34,946 bases of DNA from Gemmatimonadales bacterium. Lineage in GTDB: Bacteria > Gemmatimonadota > Gemmatimonadetes > Gemmatimonadales > GWC2-71-9. This document shows, in pieces, positions 32,179 to 34,946 of this stretch. Below the pieces are notes generated by a model. The model was given only the letters and a program-made list of their open reading frames with translations, did no database searches and was not told where the DNA came from. The translations under genes and the position numbers were made by a program. The DNA lies in NCBI GenBank assembly GCA_025935545.1, contig JAICVB010000002.1:1-34946 (forward strand), read 5' to 3'. How positions within the stretch are numbered: position 1 is the stretch's first letter; each line of letters starts with the position of its first letter.

Positions 32179-33220
32179 GGCGCCGTCGTCGACCGAGCTG
32201 CTGGAGCTGCTGGTCGAGCCGCACACCGGGAGCCCGCTCCACCTGGTGGCGGGCCCACCGCCGCGCCTCGAGTCGGAGAGTGGCCGGGCCTATCCGGTGG
32301 ATGGCGGCGTGGCCCGCTTCGTCGCGGCCGACGCGCTGCCGGCCGAGCAGGCCGCGACCGGCGACACCTTCTCCACCAAGTGGGCGCGGGTGGACACCTT
32401 CGGCCACGACGCCGCGACCCGCGACTTCCACCACCGCTGGTATCTCGAGCGCTACGGGTGGCCTGACGAGGCGGCCTTCGCCGCCTTCCTGGGCCAGCAG
32501 GCCCGCGTCCTCGACGCCGGCTGCGGGGTTGGCCGCGACGTGGCCTGGTATCTCGCGCATGCGCCGGGGCTCGTCGCGGGCGTGGACATCTCGACGGCCG
32601 TGGACGCCGCCGCCCGGAACGTCGGCGCGCATCCTCGCCTCCTTCTCGCGCAGGCCGATCTCGCCAACCTTCCGTTCCCGCCCGGCTTCTTCGACTACGT
32701 CGCCTGTGACCAGGTGCTGCATCACACCTTCGATCCGCGCGCGAGCTTCGACCACCTCGTCTCGCGCGTGCGGCCGGGCGGCGTCCTCGCGTTCTACGTG
32801 TACAAGGTGAAGGGGCCGCTCCGTGAGTTCGCCGACGACCACCTCCGCTCGCTCGCGACGCGGATGCCGGAGGCCGAGGCGCTCCGGCTCTCCGAGGCAC
32901 TCACCCGGTTTGGCCAGGCGCTGACCGAGCAGCGCCTCACCATGGAAGTCCCGGTCGCGATTCCCGAGCTCGGCATTTCGGCGGGGCGCTTCGACGTGCA
33001 GCGCTGGCTCTACTGGAACGTCTTCAAGTGCTTCTACAACGCCGACTGGGACTGGGAGACCAACGTGATGACGAACTACGACTGGTATCGTCCCGTCACG
33101 GCATACCGGTACCGGCCGGAGGAGATCCGGGAGTGGATCGCGGCGGCCGGCCTCGAGATCCTGCACGAGGACGTCGGCGACGCCGGCCTCTCGTACCGGT
33201 GCCGGAAGCCGACTCACTAA
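32168..33220 (+). CDS. Class I SAM-dependent methyltransferase with Cys-less Trm112-like N-terminus and C-terminal extension
   Basis: Motif I is VLDAGCGVGRD, the acidic loop is VAGVDIS, and DYVACDQVLHH is present. The N-terminus LLELLVEPHTGSPLHL resembles the LL..L.CP.C...L zinc-ribbon motif but lacks cysteines. It overlaps the upstream gene by 11 nt. Confidence 0.8.
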   Translation: MPAEAPSSTELLELLVEPHTGSPLHLVAGPPPRLESESGRAYPVDGGVARFVAADALPAEQAATGDTFSTKWARVDTFGHDAATRDFHHRWYLERYGWPDEAAFAAFLGQQARVLDAGCGVGRDVAWYLAHAPGLVAGVDISTAVDAAARNVGAHPRLLLAQADLANLPFPPGFFDYVACDQVLHHTFDPRASFDHLVSRVRPGGVLAFYVYKVKGPLREFADDHLRSLATRMPEAEALRLSEALTRFGQALTEQRLTMEVPVAIPELGISAGRFDVQRWLYWNVFKCFYNADWDWETNVMTNYDWYRPVTAYRYRPEEIREWIAAAGLEILHEDVGDAGLSYRCRKPTH

Positions 33221-33236
33221 CCGACTGGGGAGAGAC

Positions 33237-34241
33237 ATGGACCTGCGTGGCGCACGGGCAGTGGTGGTCGGGGGGGCCGGGCTGATCGGTTCGCACGTGG
33301 TGGACCGGCTGACGCGCGAGGACGTCGCGGAGATCGTGGTCTACGACAACTTCACCCGCGGGACGATGGGGAACCTCGATGCCGCGCTCCAGGACCCCCG
33401 CGTCCGGGTCTTCGAGCTGGGTGGCGATATCCTCCACACCGACATCCTGCAGAAGGCGCTGGAGAAGACCGACGTGGTCTTCCATCTCGCGGCGCTCTGG
33501 CTCCTCCATTGCCACGAGTATCCGCAATCGGCGTTCGAGGTGAACATCCGCGGGACCTTCAACGTGCTCGAAGCCTGCCGGCTCCGGGGCGTGCGGAAGC
33601 TGGTGTACTCGTCGTCCGCCTCGGTCTACGGTGACGCGCTCGAGGTGCCGATGACCGAGGACCACCCCTACAACAACCGCACCTTCTACGGCGCCACCAA
33701 GATCGCGGGCGAGCACATGGCGCGGGCCTACCATCACCGGTACGGGCTCGACTACGTCGGCCTCCGCTACATGAACATCTACGGGCCGCGCCAGGACTAC
33801 ATGGGCGCCTACGTCGCCGTGGTGATGAAGATCCTCGACCGGATCGATCGCGGCGAGCCGCCCGTCGTCTATGGCGACGGGACGCAGTCGTACGACTTCA
33901 TCTACGTGGAGGACGCCGCCGACTGCAACGTGCTCGCGGCGCGCTCCGACGCGACGGACCGCTTCTACAATGTGGGTGCCGGCGTCGAGACGACGATCCG
34001 GGAAATCTGCGAGATGCTGCTCCGCCTGACGGGGAGCGAGCACCTGGGGATCCGCTACGAGCCGGCCGGCCAGACCTTCGTCACCCGGCGCGTCGGCTCC
34101 ACCGAGGCGGCGGCGCGTGACCTGGGCTTCCGGGCCAGGACGCCGGTCGAGGAGGGGCTCCGCCGGCTCATCGCCTGGCGCGAGGGACACAAGGAGGCGG
34201 TGGCGTCCCGCATCCGTGCCGCGGAGGCCCGCACCGGCTGA
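33237..34241 (+). CDS. NAD-dependent epimerase/dehydratase (extended SDR, GalE/WbpP-like)
   Basis: The Rossmann motif is VVGGAGLIGSH. SSSASVYG, the catalytic YGATK and NIYGPRQ are present. A GGGGAGAG Shine-Dalgarno lies upstream. Confidence 0.88.
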   Translation: MDLRGARAVVVGGAGLIGSHVVDRLTREDVAEIVVYDNFTRGTMGNLDAALQDPRVRVFELGGDILHTDILQKALEKTDVVFHLAALWLLHCHEYPQSAFEVNIRGTFNVLEACRLRGVRKLVYSSSASVYGDALEVPMTEDHPYNNRTFYGATKIAGEHMARAYHHRYGLDYVGLRYMNIYGPRQDYMGAYVAVVMKILDRIDRGEPPVVYGDGTQSYDFIYVEDAADCNVLAARSDATDRFYNVGAGVETTIREICEMLLRLTGSEHLGIRYEPAGQTFVTRRVGSTEAAARDLGFRARTPVEEGLRRLIAWREGHKEAVASRIRAAEARTG

Positions 34242-34946
34242 TGTGCGGCCTCGCGGGGGTGGTCCACCTGCGCGGCGAGCCGGTCGCCCGCGAGACGCTG
34301 AAGCGGATGACCGACGCCATCGCCCACCGGGGGCCCGACGGCGAGGGCCACTGGACCGACGGCTCCGTGGGCCTGGGCCACCGCCGCCTCGCGATCATCG
34401 ATCTCTCCTCGGGTGGCCACCAGCCGATGGTCGCCAGCGACGGCGGAGCCGCGCTGGTCTACAACGGCGAGATCTACAACTACGCGGACCTCCGGGCCGA
34501 CCTCCTGGCGCGGGGCCACCGCTTCCGCTCCACCAGCGACACCGAGGTGCTGCTCGAGGCCTGGCGCGAATGGGGCCCGGGCGCGCTGGACCGCCTCAAC
34601 GGCATGTTCGCCTTCGCGGTCTGGGAGCCGGCGCGCCGGCGTCTCGTCCTCGCGCGTGACCGCTACGGCATCAAGCCGCTCTACTACTGGACCGACGGAA
34701 TCCGCTTCGCCTTTGCGTCGGAAATCAAGGCGCTGCTGACGGTGCCGGGGTTCCGGCGCGACGTGTCGCTGCCCGCACTGCACCAGTACTTCACCTTCCA
34801 GAACATCTTCACCGATGAGACCCTCTTCGAGGGCGTGCGGCTCCTCCAGCCGGGCCACACGCTCACCGTCGAAGACGGCCGCGTGGGGGAGCCGGTCCCG
34901 TACTGGGACTACCGCTTCGGGGCGGACGCGCTCGCGATCAGCGAAG
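34241..34946 (+). CDS. AsnB-type glutamine-hydrolysing amidotransferase, paralogue 3 (3' truncated by window end)
   Basis: This ORF is not in the supplied track because it has no stop in the window. My own translation gives MCGLAGVVHL...HRRLAIIDL...YNGEIYNY...SDTEVLLEAW...RDRYGIKPLYYW. The ATG shares one base with the upstream stop (TGATG at 34239-34243). Confidence 0.85.
   Translation, partial: MCGLAGVVHLRGEPVARETLKRMTDAIAHRGPDGEGHWTDGSVGLGHRRLAIIDLSSGGHQPMVASDGGAALVYNGEIYNYADLRADLLARGHRFRSTSDTEVLLEAWREWGPGALDRLNGMFAFAVWEPARRRLVLARDRYGIKPLYYWTDGIRFAFASEIKALLTVPGFRRDVSLPALHQYFTFQNIFTDETLFEGVRLLQPGHTLTVEDGRVGEPVPYWDYRFGADALAISE

Noticed and set aside
6788-34946. The possibility that this is an exosortase (XrtA)/PEP-CTERM-type EPS locus. 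Several families typical of such loci are present: an AsnB-like amidotransferase, a deacetylase-like protein, a chain-length determinant, an OPX exporter and a sugar transferase.
   Set aside because: The window contains no exosortase, EpsI, PEP-CTERM protein or BY-kinase gene. It cannot be claimed from this sequence. The flanks and the genome are worth checking.
6788-34946. The possibility that the glycan locus is a horizontally acquired island or mobile element.
   Set aside because: There is no integrase, transposase, flanking tRNA or direct repeats. No visible shift in base composition or codon style occurs relative to the housekeeping genes on the left.

Overview
This is a high-GC bacterial chromosomal segment, well above 65% G+C by eye. 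GC3 is strongly skewed, so every real gene is shadowed by long Arg/Pro/Ala-rich spurious ORFs on the other frames. I found no rRNA, tRNA, CRISPR array, transposase or integrase. All family assignments come from motif recognition only; no searches were run.

The left ~6.8 kb carries housekeeping genes:
- the 3' part of a CCA-adding/poly(A) polymerase family gene
- a ZIP metal transporter
- rarA
- a DUF1203 gene lying directly downstream of ada
- a LEA_2/WHy lipoprotein
- hflX

From 6.8 kb to the window edge (>28 kb, still open at the end) lies one large Wzx/Wzy-type glycan (EPS or O-antigen-like) locus. It contains:
- an 841-aa multi-SLBB Wza-like exporter
- four GT4 glycosyltransferases
- a WbaP-type initiating phosphoglycosyl transferase
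- a wlbABCD/wbpBDEI-like block for 2,3-diacetamido sugars (oxidoreductase, LbH acetyltransferase, DegT aminotransferase, 2-epimerase)
- a Wzy/O-antigen-ligase-family protein
- a kinase-less Wzz-type co-polymerase
- a Wzx flippase
- a second sugar-tailoring module (acetyltransferase, aminotransferase, methyltransferase, SDR epimerase/dehydratase)

Four items in this locus deserve the closest look:
- Three divergent AsnB-type glutamine amidotransferases are embedded in the operons, two of them in tandem with a 1-nt overlap.
- A lipoprotein with NodB-deacetylase-like motifs and an unassignable N-terminal domain is inserted inside the diacetamido-sugar block.
- A 528-aa polytopic membrane protein has no family I can assign; it has GT-C-like hints.
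- No UDP-sugar 6-dehydrogenase or Wzc-type kinase is present in the window.

Smaller observations:
- an E. coli-type Ada box upstream of ada
- hflX conserved N-terminal codons that lie upstream of any canonical start codon
- a G/C-only tract at the window start that looks like a contig-end artefact
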